37,459 nt of DNA from Thioalkalivibrio sp. (GCA_003563455.1 PWRV01000248.1:1-37459); one strand, 5' to 3'; positions 10,817 through 19,679 are shown, numbered from the stretch's first letter. Numbers and translations are program-made. Notes: generated by a model from the letters alone, not told the origin.

Positions 10817-11875
10817 ATGAGCTACGCCACCGACGATCTGCGAATCAAGTCCATCGACGAGGTCTCCCCCCCGGACACCGTGCGCGATGAGCTCCCGCTG
10901 ACCGACACGGCCGCCGAGACGGTGTACGCCGCCCGCGCCGCGATCCACCGCATTCTGCATGGCGAAGACGACCGTCTGCTGGTGGTCGTCGGCCCCTGTT
11001 CGATCCACGATGTCGACGCGGCGCTCGAATATGCCGGGCGACTGGGTGCGCTGCGTGAGGAGTTCGGCGACGCTCTCGAGGTGGTGATGCGGGTCTATTT
11101 CGAGAAGCCGCGCACCACCGTGGGCTGGAAGGGCCTGATCAACGACCCCGACCTCGACGGCAGCTTCCAGATCAACCGCGGGCTGCGCCTGGCCCGCGGT
11201 CTGCTGCGGGACCTGGCTGAGCAGGGCATGCCGGCCGCCACCGAGTTTCTCGACCTGATCAGCCCGCAGTACATCGCCGATCTGGTGTCCTGGGGCGCCA
11301 TCGGGGCCCGGACCACCGAGAGCCAGGTTCACCGCGAGCTGGCCTCGGGGTTGTCGTGCCCGGGGGGCTTCAAGAACTCGACCGACGGCAGTCTGCAGAT
11401 CGCGATCGACGCAATCCGCTCTGCGTCGAGGCCGCATCACTTCCTGTCGATGACCAAGGCGGGGCGTTCGGCGATCTTCTCCACCGCCGGCAACGGGGAT
11501 TGCCACATCATTCTGCGCGGCGGACGGCAGCCCAATTACGATGCCGAGAACATCGCGGGGGCCTGCGGTCAGCTGCAGGCGTCGGGACTGCCGGAGGCGG
11601 TGATGGTGGACTGCAGCCATGCCAACAGCCGCAAGGACCCGGCACGGCAGGTCGACGTGGTGCGTACCGTCGCCGACCAGGTCGGCAACGGGGACCGGCG
11701 CATCGTCGGCGTGATGCTGGAGAGCCACCTGCAGGCCGGGCGGCAGGATATCGTGGCGGGCAGACCGCTGGTGTACGGGCAGAGCATCACCGATGCCTGC
11801 ATGGGCTGGGACGACTCCGAGGTCGCGCTGGGCGTGCTGGCAGCCGCCGCGCGCCGCCGCCGCGAGCGCCGATGA
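10817..11875 (+). CDS. aroG: Class I (AroF/G/H-type) DAHP synthase
   Basis: GPCSIHD, RVYFEKPRTTVGWKGLINDP, IGARTTESQVHRE, DCSHANS, YGQSITDAC. Effector specificity (aroF/G/H) cannot be determined from reading alone. Confidence 0.93.
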   Translation: MSYATDDLRIKSIDEVSPPDTVRDELPLTDTAAETVYAARAAIHRILHGEDDRLLVVVGPCSIHDVDAALEYAGRLGALREEFGDALEVVMRVYFEKPRTTVGWKGLINDPDLDGSFQINRGLRLARGLLRDLAEQGMPAATEFLDLISPQYIADLVSWGAIGARTTESQVHRELASGLSCPGGFKNSTDGSLQIAIDAIRSASRPHHFLSMTKAGRSAIFSTAGNGDCHIILRGGRQPNYDAENIAGACGQLQASGLPEAVMVDCSHANSRKDPARQVDVVRTVADQVGNGDRRIVGVMLESHLQAGRQDIVAGRPLVYGQSITDACMGWDDSEVALGVLAAAARRRRERR

Positions 11876-11905
11876 ACCGAGGGCCGCACAAGGCGCGCAC
11901 GGTAT

Positions 11906-11942
11906 CTCCCTCTTCCGCCTGCGGGAGCGGGCAGGGGACAGG
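11906..11942. repeat. Degenerate CCCTCTCCC-N-GGGAGAGGG-type palindromic (REP-like) element
   Basis: CTCCCTCTTCCGCCTGCGGGAGCGGGCAGGGGACAGG: imperfect hairpin at 11908-11931 followed by a G-rich tail. Confidence 0.55.
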
Positions 11943-12023
11943 TAATTGCGGGATATTTGCATGATCTTTCGTTTCCGGGCGGCCCCGGGGCCGTTCACCC
12001 GATCGTGATGGGAGTCAGCAGCC

Positions 12024-13325
12024 ATGCCTGAGATCAAGCGCCTCGACAGCCGGGACGAGGGTTTCTGGAGCGAACTGGACCGCCTGCTGGAGTGGGAGTC
12101 GGTGGCCGACCACGGAGTGCGCGCCATCGTGGACGAGATCCTGGAAGCGGTGCGTAGCGAGGGTGACGCGGCCTTGCTCCGCTATACGGAGCGTTTCGAC
12201 CGTCTGCCACTGCGCAGTGCCAGCGAGATGGAAGTCCCGCCGGAACGCCTGAACCAGGCACTGGAACGCATCCCGGCCATCCAGCGCGAGGCGCTGGAGA
12301 CGGCGGCGGTGCGCATCCGTCGCTATGCCGAGCACCAGCGCATGCAGGACTGGGTGATCGAGGAACCGGACGGCACGCTGCTCGGGCAGCGGATCACGCC
12401 GCTCGAGTCTGTCGGCCTGTACGTACCCGGAGGCAAGGCTGCCTACCCCTCATCGGTGCTGATGAATGCGGTTCCGGCGAAGGTCGCCGGTGTGCCGCTG
12501 CTGGTGATGGTGGTCCCGGCACCCGACGGCGAGTTGAACGACATGGTGCTGGCGGCCGCGGCGATCGCCGGCGTGAACCGCGTGTTTATTCTCGGTGGGG
12601 CGCAGGCGGTGGCGGCGCTCGCCTACGGGACGCAGACAGTGCCGGCGGTGGACAAGATCGTCGGTCCGGGCAACATCTTCGTCGCGACGGCCAAGCGCGA
12701 GGTCTTCGGCACCGTCGGCATCGACATGATCGCCGGCCCGTCGGAGATCCTGGTGGTCTGCGACGGGCAGACCGATCCCGAATGGGTCGCGGCGGACCTC
12801 TTCTCGCAGGCCGAACACGACGAGCAGGCGCAGTCGATCCTGCTGTCTCCGGATGCGGCCTTCCTGGACCGCGTCGCCGAGGCGATGGACCGGTTGCTGG
12901 GGGAGATGCCGCGCGCGGAGATCATCCGGGCCAGCCTCGGTGCTCGCGGCGCACTGGTCCGGGTCCGGGACATGGAGGAGGCGGTCGAGGTGGCCAACCG
13001 CATCGCGCCCGAGCACCTGGAGCTCTCGGTGTCCGACCCCCAGAGCCTGCTCGACGCCGGGCTGCGTCACGCGGGTGCGGTCTTCATGGGCCGTTACACC
13101 TGCGAGGCCGTGGGCGACTACTGCGCCGGGCCGAACCACGTGCTCCCGACCTCGCGCACCGCTCGTTTCTCCTCGCCGCTGGGCGTCTACGATTTCCAGA
13201 AGCGCACCAGCATCATCCAGTGCTCGCCGGCGGGCGCCGCCGACCTCGGGCGCACGGCCTCGGTGCTCGCGCGCGGCGAAGGCCTGGTCGCGCATGCACG
13301 CTCCGCTGAAATGCGCGGTGAATAG
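12024..13325 (+). CDS. hisD: Histidinol dehydrogenase
   Basis: [52 protein letters not shown]. Confidence 0.98.
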   Translation: MPEIKRLDSRDEGFWSELDRLLEWESVADHGVRAIVDEILEAVRSEGDAALLRYTERFDRLPLRSASEMEVPPERLNQALERIPAIQREALETAAVRIRRYAEHQRMQDWVIEEPDGTLLGQRITPLESVGLYVPGGKAAYPSSVLMNAVPAKVAGVPLLVMVVPAPDGELNDMVLAAAAIAGVNRVFILGGAQAVAALAYGTQTVPAVDKIVGPGNIFVATAKREVFGTVGIDMIAGPSEILVVCDGQTDPEWVAADLFSQAEHDEQAQSILLSPDAAFLDRVAEAMDRLLGEMPRAEIIRASLGARGALVRVRDMEEAVEVANRIAPEHLELSVSDPQSLLDAGLRHAGAVFMGRYTCEAVGDYCAGPNHVLPTSRTARFSSPLGVYDFQKRTSIIQCSPAGAADLGRTASVLARGEGLVAHARSAEMRGE

Positions 13326-13355
13326 GCAGGCCGCCAGCAGCAGGGGCAGACGGGC

Positions 13356-14441
13356 ATGACCCGTCCGTCCGACCTGATGCGACCCGAGGTGCTGGAGCGC
13401 TCCGCCTACGCGGTCGCGGATGCCGCCGGGCTGGTCAAGCTCGACGCGATGGAAAACCCCTTTCCCTGGCCCGGCGAACTCGAGGCGGCGTGGCTCGAGG
13501 CCCTGCGGGGGGTCGAGCTGAACCGCTACCCCGATCCCGTCGGAAAAGACGTGACCGCGGCCCTCCGTGCCGCGCACGGCGTGCCGGCGGGGGCCGGGTG
13601 TCTGCTCGGCAACGGTTCCGACGAACTGATCCAGATCCTGATCACCGCCGTCCAGGGCAGCGGCCGGCCGGTGGTGTCGCCGGTGCCCACCTTCGTGATG
13701 TACGAGGTGCTCGCGCGCGCCGCCGGGGTCCCTTTTGTCGGCGTGCCGCTCGCGCCCGACTTCGACCTGGACGTGCCGGCATTGTTGCGTGTGCTGGAGC
13801 GGGAACGACCGGCACTGCTGTTCCTGGCCTTTCCGAACAACCCGACCGGCCGGCTGTACGACCCGGCGGTCATCGCGGAACTGGTCGCGGCCAACCCTGG
13901 CGTCACGGTGATCGACGAGGCCTATGCCCCCTTCGCGAGCCACAGCTTCCTTCCCCGGGCTGGTTCGCCAACGGGCCTGATGGTGATGCGCACACTGTCG
14001 AAGCTCGGGCTCGCGGGTCTGAGGCTCGGCTACCTGGCCGCCTCCCCTGAATGGATCGACGCGCTGGACCGTCTGCGCCTGCCCTACAACGTGAACACGC
14101 TGACGCAACGCTCGGTCCTGTTCGCGCTTGAACACGGCGGGATGCTGGAGCGTCAGTCGGAACTGCTGCGCCAGGAGCGCTCGCGGATCGCCGCGGCGCT
14201 GGGGTCGCTCCCGGCCGTGCGCAGGGTGGTGCCGAGCGAGGCCAATTTCATCCTGTTCGAGGTTGCGAACGGATGGGGGCGTGCGGTGTTCGATTCGCTG
14301 CTGGACGCGGGCATCCTGATCAAGGACATTGGGCGCGCGGGAGGGGTACTCGCCGACCACCTGCGCGTCACCGTGGGCACTCCCGGCGAGAACGACGCCT
14401 TCCTCGCGGCGCTGGGCGAGGCGCTGCGGGACGCCGACTGA
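13356..14441 (+). CDS. hisC: Histidinol-phosphate aminotransferase
   Basis: KLDAMENP, GNGSDELI, PNNPTG, DEAY, RTLSK (PLP lysine), GLAGLRLGY. Confidence 0.96.
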   Translation: MTRPSDLMRPEVLERSAYAVADAAGLVKLDAMENPFPWPGELEAAWLEALRGVELNRYPDPVGKDVTAALRAAHGVPAGAGCLLGNGSDELIQILITAVQGSGRPVVSPVPTFVMYEVLARAAGVPFVGVPLAPDFDLDVPALLRVLERERPALLFLAFPNNPTGRLYDPAVIAELVAANPGVTVIDEAYAPFASHSFLPRAGSPTGLMVMRTLSKLGLAGLRLGYLAASPEWIDALDRLRLPYNVNTLTQRSVLFALEHGGMLERQSELLRQERSRIAAALGSLPAVRRVVPSEANFILFEVANGWGRAVFDSLLDAGILIKDIGRAGGVLADHLRVTVGTPGENDAFLAALGEALRDAD

Positions 14442-14455
14442 CCTGCTTGCGCGGC

Positions 14456-15589
14456 TCAGACGGGGCGCTGGTCCACGGTGGCCTCTAGTTGCAGCGTCTC
14501 TCCGTCCCGCAGTGCCTCGATCTCGATACGCTCGCCGGGTCGCTTGCGGGCGATCGCGTTGAGCGCCTCGCGAGCATTGTCCACGCGCTGGCCGTCCAGC
14601 CCGACGATCACGTCCCCCGGCTGCAGACCGGCCCGCCCCGCGGGTCCGCCGTTCAGGATGCCGGCGATCAGGACACCGCGGGGTCGTTCGAGGCCGAAGG
14701 ATTCGGCCAGGGCGCGGTCCATCGCCTGCACCTCGATGCCCAGCCAGCCGCGCGCCACATAGCCTGTTTCGATGATCTCGTTCATCACGTCGCGCGCGAG
14801 GTCCACCGGGATCGCGAAGCCGATGCCGTGGGAGCCGCCGGAGCGGGTGAAGATCGCAGTATTGATGCCAACCAGTTCACCCAGGGCGTTGATCAGCGCA
14901 CCGCCGGAATTCCCCGGGTTGATCGCCGCGTCCGTCTGGATGAAGTCCTCGAAGAGGTTGATGCCCAACTCGGTCCGGCCGGTGGCGCTGACGATTCCCT
15001 GGGTGACCGTCTGGCCCACCCCGAACGGGTTGCCGATGGCCAGCACGACGTCGCCGACCTCGAGGTCCCGGGATTGCCCGACGCTGGCTGCGGTGACCTC
15101 CGTGGCAGCGATGCGCAGGACCGCGAGGTCGGTCTCCGCGTCGATGCCGATGATCGCGGCGGGGTGGGCATCCCCGTTAGCGAGCACCACCGCGATGGCC
15201 TCGGCCTGCTCGATCACATGATGGTTGGTCAGGATGTGCCCGTTCGGGGTCATGATCACGCCGGAGCCGAGGCTGGCCTGTTCGCGGTCGCGGAGTCCGT
15301 GGGGCGGATCCCGGAAGAACCGGTCGACTTCGGGTTCGCCGGTCAGCGGGTGCGGAACCTCTATCGTGCGCGAGGTCATGATGTTCACCACCGCCGGCGC
15401 GGCCCGGGCCACTCCGGGCGCATAGGAGATCGGGCCCTGCACCGCCTGCCGGGGTTCGGCCGGAGGTGGCACGACAGCGGTTGTACCGCGGTCGCCGTCG
15501 AGCAGCCCGGGGAAGAACAGCGCGATCACCAGTGCGACCGCGATGCCGGCCAGGGCTGCTTGCAGCAGGAAACGTGAAAGCTTCACCAT
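14456..15589 (-). CDS. degS: HtrA-family serine protease with a single PDZ domain (DegS/AlgW-like)
   Basis: N-terminal TM anchor; catalytic triad motifs TNHHVI, TDLAVL, GNSGGAL; one PDZ domain; start re-called at ATG 15589. Confidence 0.88.
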   Translation of the reverse strand: MVKLSRFLLQAALAGIAVALVIALFFPGLLDGDRGTTAVVPPPAEPRQAVQGPISYAPGVARAAPAVVNIMTSRTIEVPHPLTGEPEVDRFFRDPPHGLRDREQASLGSGVIMTPNGHILTNHHVIEQAEAIAVVLANGDAHPAAIIGIDAETDLAVLRIAATEVTAASVGQSRDLEVGDVVLAIGNPFGVGQTVTQGIVSATGRTELGINLFEDFIQTDAAINPGNSGGALINALGELVGINTAIFTRSGGSHGIGFAIPVDLARDVMNEIIETGYVARGWLGIEVQAMDRALAESFGLERPRGVLIAGILNGGPAGRAGLQPGDVIVGLDGQRVDNAREALNAIARKRPGERIEIEALRDGETLQLEATVDQRPV

Positions 15590-15675
15590 GTTCCCTATAG
15601 TACTGTCAATCCGTCTCACGTGCCTGTACACCTGCTGTTTCCGGGCATTGCGGCACTCCGATTCCCGAGGTCCCG

Positions 15676-16434
15676 ATGCCGGCCGCAATCGATCGTGACA
15701 CCCTTCTCGACGCACTCGACCGGGAGCTGGAACCGGGGCGCTTCGAGGATTATTGCCCCAACGGGCTGCAGGTGGAGGGGCGTCCGGAAATCCGGCATGT
15801 CGTCAGCGGCGTCACTGCCTCTCATGCGCTGATCCGGGCCGCGATCGAGCAGCAGGCCGACCTGATCCTTGTGCACCACGGCTATTTCTGGCGTGGCGAG
15901 CCGCAGCCCGTGGTGGGGATGAAGCGCCAGCGGCTGCAGGCCTTGCTGCAGCACGAGATCAACCTCGTCGCCTACCATCTCCCGCTGGATGCACACCCGG
16001 AGCTTGGCAACAACGCGCAGCTCGGGCTCGAGCTCGGCCTGGTGCAGGAGGGGCCGTTGCGCCCGGACGGCATCGGGCTGATCGGAAGACTCCCGGAAGT
16101 CTGCCCGGCGGAGCAATTCGCGGCACGGATCGGCACGGTCCTCGGGCGCCAGCCGACCTGGGTCCAAGGGGGTCCGCACCCGGTGCGGCGTCTGGCCTGG
16201 TGCACCGGAGGGGCGCAGTCGATGCTCACCACCGCCGCCAGGCATGGGGTTGACGCCTTCATCAGCGGCGAGATCTCGGAGCAGACCACCCACGAGGCGC
16301 GCGAGCTCGGCGTGCACTACTTCGCCGCCGGGCACCACGCAACGGAGCGTTACGGACCCCGCGCCCTCGGCGCCTGGTGCGCCGAACACTTCGGGGTCGG
16401 TCACTGTTTCGTGGATATACCCAACCCGGCCTGA
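15676..16434 (+). CDS. Nif3-like dinuclear metal-centre protein (YbgI/DUF34)
   Basis: DYCPNGLQVEG, VHHG, YHLPLDAH..LGNN, AGHHATE. Confidence 0.93.
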   Translation: MPAAIDRDTLLDALDRELEPGRFEDYCPNGLQVEGRPEIRHVVSGVTASHALIRAAIEQQADLILVHHGYFWRGEPQPVVGMKRQRLQALLQHEINLVAYHLPLDAHPELGNNAQLGLELGLVQEGPLRPDGIGLIGRLPEVCPAEQFAARIGTVLGRQPTWVQGGPHPVRRLAWCTGGAQSMLTTAARHGVDAFISGEISEQTTHEARELGVHYFAAGHHATERYGPRALGAWCAEHFGVGHCFVDIPNPA

Positions 16435-16676
16435 GCGATCCGAACTGGTGATCCGCGGGCGGGTCAGACTGACCGGGCCAGAAACCGTGGAACGAGGGCT
16501 TTGACCCCACCGGGCCTCGGGTTGACCCCATTAGCGTTTTAAGGAATTCTATTGGATTACGCAGCCCCGCAGAGGGCGCCACGATGGCGCGCAGGACTCG
16601 CTGCCGGATTTCCCGGCCCCCGCCCCGCAGCCGCCAACGTGCAGTGAAAGCGATACAGCAGCTGGAGAGACCAACA

Positions 16677-17279
16677 ATGGCAAACGAAGGCGTGAGTCGA
16701 GGTCGCCGCCGCTTCCTGGTGGCAGCGACTTCGGTGGTCGGCGGTGCGGGGGGGGTGGCGCTGGCCGCTCCCTTCGTGGCCTCACTGCAACCGAGCGCGC
16801 GTGCTCAGGCTGCCGGGGCCCCGGTGGAGGTCAACGTATCACAGATCGAGCCGGGCCAGCGCATCAGTGTCGGCTGGCGGGGCCGTCCCGTCTGGGTGGT
16901 GCGGCGCACGCCGGAAATGCTCGATCTGCTCCCCGGGATCCGCGACCGTCTCCGCGACCCGGATTCCGAGCAGGTCGCCCAGCAACCGGAGTACGCGCGA
17001 AATCCTCACCGCTCGATCGATCCGGAGATCGTGGTGCTGATCGGCCTGTGCACGCATCTGGGCTGCTCGCCAACCTACCGGCCGGAGATCGGTGCCGCGG
17101 AGATGGGCGCCGACTGGGCAGGCGGCTGGCTGTGCGGATGTCACGGTTCTCGATTCGACATGGCCGGGCGCGTCTACCGCAACATGCCGGCAGCACTGAA
17201 CCTTGAGGTGCCCCCGCATCACTATCTGAGCGATGACGTGATCCTGGTGGGCGAAGATCCGGATGGAGGCACTGCGTAA
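16677..17279 (+). CDS. petA: Ubiquinol-cytochrome c reductase Rieske iron-sulfur subunit
   Basis: Tat motif RRRFL; CTHLGC and CGCHGS boxes; GGAGA SD before ATG 16677. Confidence 0.96.
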   Translation: MANEGVSRGRRRFLVAATSVVGGAGGVALAAPFVASLQPSARAQAAGAPVEVNVSQIEPGQRISVGWRGRPVWVVRRTPEMLDLLPGIRDRLRDPDSEQVAQQPEYARNPHRSIDPEIVVLIGLCTHLGCSPTYRPEIGAAEMGADWAGGWLCGCHGSRFDMAGRVYRNMPAALNLEVPPHHYLSDDVILVGEDPDGGTA

Positions 17280-18688
17280 TGGCCGGAAACACCGCTGACA
17301 AGATCCAGGGCGGGGTGCTGGGGTGGGTGGACGCCCGCTTTCCGCTGTCGCAGCTCTGGAACGAACACCTCGCGCAATACCACGCGCCCAAGAACTTCAA
17401 CTTCTGGTACTACTTCGGCTCGCTCGCATTGCTGGTACTGGTCATCCAGATCGTCACCGGCATTTTCCTCACGATGTTTTTCAAGCCCGACGCCGAACTG
17501 GCCTTCGCGTCGGTGGAATACATCATGCGCGACGTGGAGTGGGGCTGGCTGATCCGGTACATGCACTCGACCGGCGCTTCGTTCTTCTTCGTGGTCGTTT
17601 ATCTGCACATGTTCCGGGCGCTGTTGTACGGGTCGTACAAGAAGCCGCGCGAGCTGATCTGGATCTTCGGTGTTCTGATCTACATCGTGCTGATGGCCGA
17701 GGCCTTCGCCGGTTACCTGCTGCCCTGGGGCCAGATGTCGTACTGGGGCGCACAGGTGATCGTGAACCTCTTCGCGACCATCCCCTACATCGGTCCGGAC
17801 CTGGTCACCTGGATCCGGGGCGACTTCCTGCTCTCCGATGCGACCCTGACCCGCTTCTTCGCGCTGCACGTGATCGCGCTGCCGCTGGTGCTGCTGCTGC
17901 TGATCGTTGCGCACATCATCGCGCTGCACGAAGTGGGTTCGAACAACCCCGATGGTGTCGAGATCAAGGCGAACAAGGACGAAAACGGCGTGCCGCGCGA
18001 CGGCATCCGTTTCCACCCCTACTACACGGTGAAGGACCTGGTCGGGGTCGGCGTCTTCCTGATCGCCTTCTTCGCGGTGGTCTTTTTCGCACCGGAGATG
18101 GGCGGACTGTTCCTGAAACCCGCGAACATGATCCCGGCGGATCCGCTGGTCACGCCCGATCTGATTCCGCCGGTTTGGTACTTCACCTCGTTCTACTCGG
18201 TGCTGCGCGCGGTGCCGGATCCCTTCCTCGGCGTGGTCGCGATGGGCGCCGCGGTGGGGATCCTGTTCTTCGTGCCCTGGATCGACCGCAACCCGGTCAA
18301 GTCCATCCGGTACCGTTCCTCCGCGCACAAGCTCAACCTCGCGGTCTTCGTCGTGACCTTCGTATTCCTCGGCTACCTGGGGTTGCAGCAGGTGACCGCG
18401 CTGTACGGTGAGTTGACGCTGCGTTTCGCGGTGATGTACTTCCTGTTCTTCTGGCTGCTGTGGTTTCACAGCAAGGAGCGGTCCGCGGTCTTCACCCTGG
18501 TGTCCTTCGTGCTGCTGGTCGGGATCTATTCCTTCTACGACTACACGCGCTTCGACCCGGCCAACGCCCAGTTGCTGCTGACCGCCTGGCTGCTCCCGAC
18601 CGCCTACCTGTTCGTCACCATGGTCGTGCCCCTCTTTGCGCGCAGCCTGGGGCGAGACCGTCCCGTTCCGGAAAGGGTGACCGCCTGA
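17279..18688 (+). CDS. petB: Cytochrome b of the bc1 complex
   Basis: Heme-ligand His motifs (RYMHS, YLHM, ALHV, AHII), PWGQMSYWGA, Qo motif PVWY; TAATG coupling to petA. Confidence 0.97.
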   Translation: MAGNTADKIQGGVLGWVDARFPLSQLWNEHLAQYHAPKNFNFWYYFGSLALLVLVIQIVTGIFLTMFFKPDAELAFASVEYIMRDVEWGWLIRYMHSTGASFFFVVVYLHMFRALLYGSYKKPRELIWIFGVLIYIVLMAEAFAGYLLPWGQMSYWGAQVIVNLFATIPYIGPDLVTWIRGDFLLSDATLTRFFALHVIALPLVLLLLIVAHIIALHEVGSNNPDGVEIKANKDENGVPRDGIRFHPYYTVKDLVGVGVFLIAFFAVVFFAPEMGGLFLKPANMIPADPLVTPDLIPPVWYFTSFYSVLRAVPDPFLGVVAMGAAVGILFFVPWIDRNPVKSIRYRSSAHKLNLAVFVVTFVFLGYLGLQQVTALYGELTLRFAVMYFLFFWLLWFHSKERSAVFTLVSFVLLVGIYSFYDYTRFDPANAQLLLTAWLLPTAYLFVTMVVPLFARSLGRDRPVPERVTA

Positions 18689-19428
18689 TGAAACCGTTGA
18701 TCGTCATTCTCTCTCTGACTGTGCTGGCGATGGGTCCCGTTTCCCTGCAGGCAGCCGGCCCTTCGGTCCCGCTTGACCGCGTGGCGGTGGACGTGACCGA
18801 CCAGGCCGCGCTGCAGCGCGGCGCGCGTCTCTACTTCAACTACTGCATTGGTTGTCATTCGGTGCAGTACATGCGCTACAACCGCGTCGGGCGGGATCTC
18901 GGCCTCACCGAAAATCAGGTCATCGAATCGATGATCTTCACCACCGACGAGGAAGGTGAACTCACCGGGCCGGGCGCGCTGATCACCAATGCGATGACCC
19001 CCGAGTACGGCGAGGAGGCCTTCGGCGTCGAACCGCCGGATCTCACGCTCGTGGCCCGGGTGCGCGGCGAGGACTGGCTCTACACCTTCCTCCGCAGCTT
19101 CTATCTCGACGATGCGCGCCCTCTGGGCGTGAACAATGTGGTCTACGAGAATGTCGGAATGCCAAATCCGCTGTGGGAATTGCAGGGCTGGCAGGAGAAG
19201 CAGGTCGGTACAAATGGCGAGGCGCGGCTGCGCGTGGTCGAGGCCGGCAGCATGAGCGGTCCGGAGTACGACCGGGCGATCCGCGACCTCGTGACCTTCC
19301 TCTCCTACCTCGGTGAACCCATGCAGATCGAACGGCAGCGGATCGGCATGTATGTACTGGCGTTTCTGTTCGTGTTCCTGGGACTCGCCTACCTGTTGAA
19401 AAAGGAATACTGGAAAGACGTACACTAG
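18688..19428 (+). CDS. petC: Cytochrome c1
   Basis: Signal peptide, CIGCH heme motif, PPDLTL, GMPNPL, C-terminal TM helix and KKEYWKDVH; TGATG coupling to petB. Confidence 0.96.
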   Translation: MKPLIVILSLTVLAMGPVSLQAAGPSVPLDRVAVDVTDQAALQRGARLYFNYCIGCHSVQYMRYNRVGRDLGLTENQVIESMIFTTDEEGELTGPGALITNAMTPEYGEEAFGVEPPDLTLVARVRGEDWLYTFLRSFYLDDARPLGVNNVVYENVGMPNPLWELQGWQEKQVGTNGEARLRVVEAGSMSGPEYDRAIRDLVTFLSYLGEPMQIERQRIGMYVLAFLFVFLGLAYLLKKEYWKDVH

Positions 19429-19588
19429 TGGGCCATGCGGGAAGTTCGGTGACTATGGAGCACAGGCAGAAGTGCCGGAGCAAGGCGGGCAAGTGCCGGA
19501 ATTGCCATCCTGTTTCAAACTTGCCCAACGCAGCACCGGCGCTTCTGGCGAAGCGATCTGTTACCGAATTTTCCGCGTGGCCCACTAG
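19425..19588. mobile_element. MITE-like element with 29-bp imperfect terminal inverted repeats bounded by CTAG
   Basis: CTAGTGGGCCATGCGGGAAGTTCGGTGAC (19425-19453) vs GTTACCGAATTTTCCGCGTGGCCCACTAG (19560-19588): 25/29 Watson-Crick complementary; additional internal inverted repeats; no plausible gene inside. Confidence 0.75.
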
Positions 19589-19679
19589 GGCCCGGACCGG
19601 GCGGTGATTCCCAATCGGGACCCGCCCGGTTCCCAGTTTCCGCACCACTCCGCGTGTCTCGCGGCATTGGGAGAAAGCC

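Noticed and set aside
18170-18181. PVWY instead of PEWY in cytochrome b
   Set aside because: A known Qo-motif variant in beta- and gammaproteobacteria; not novel by itself.
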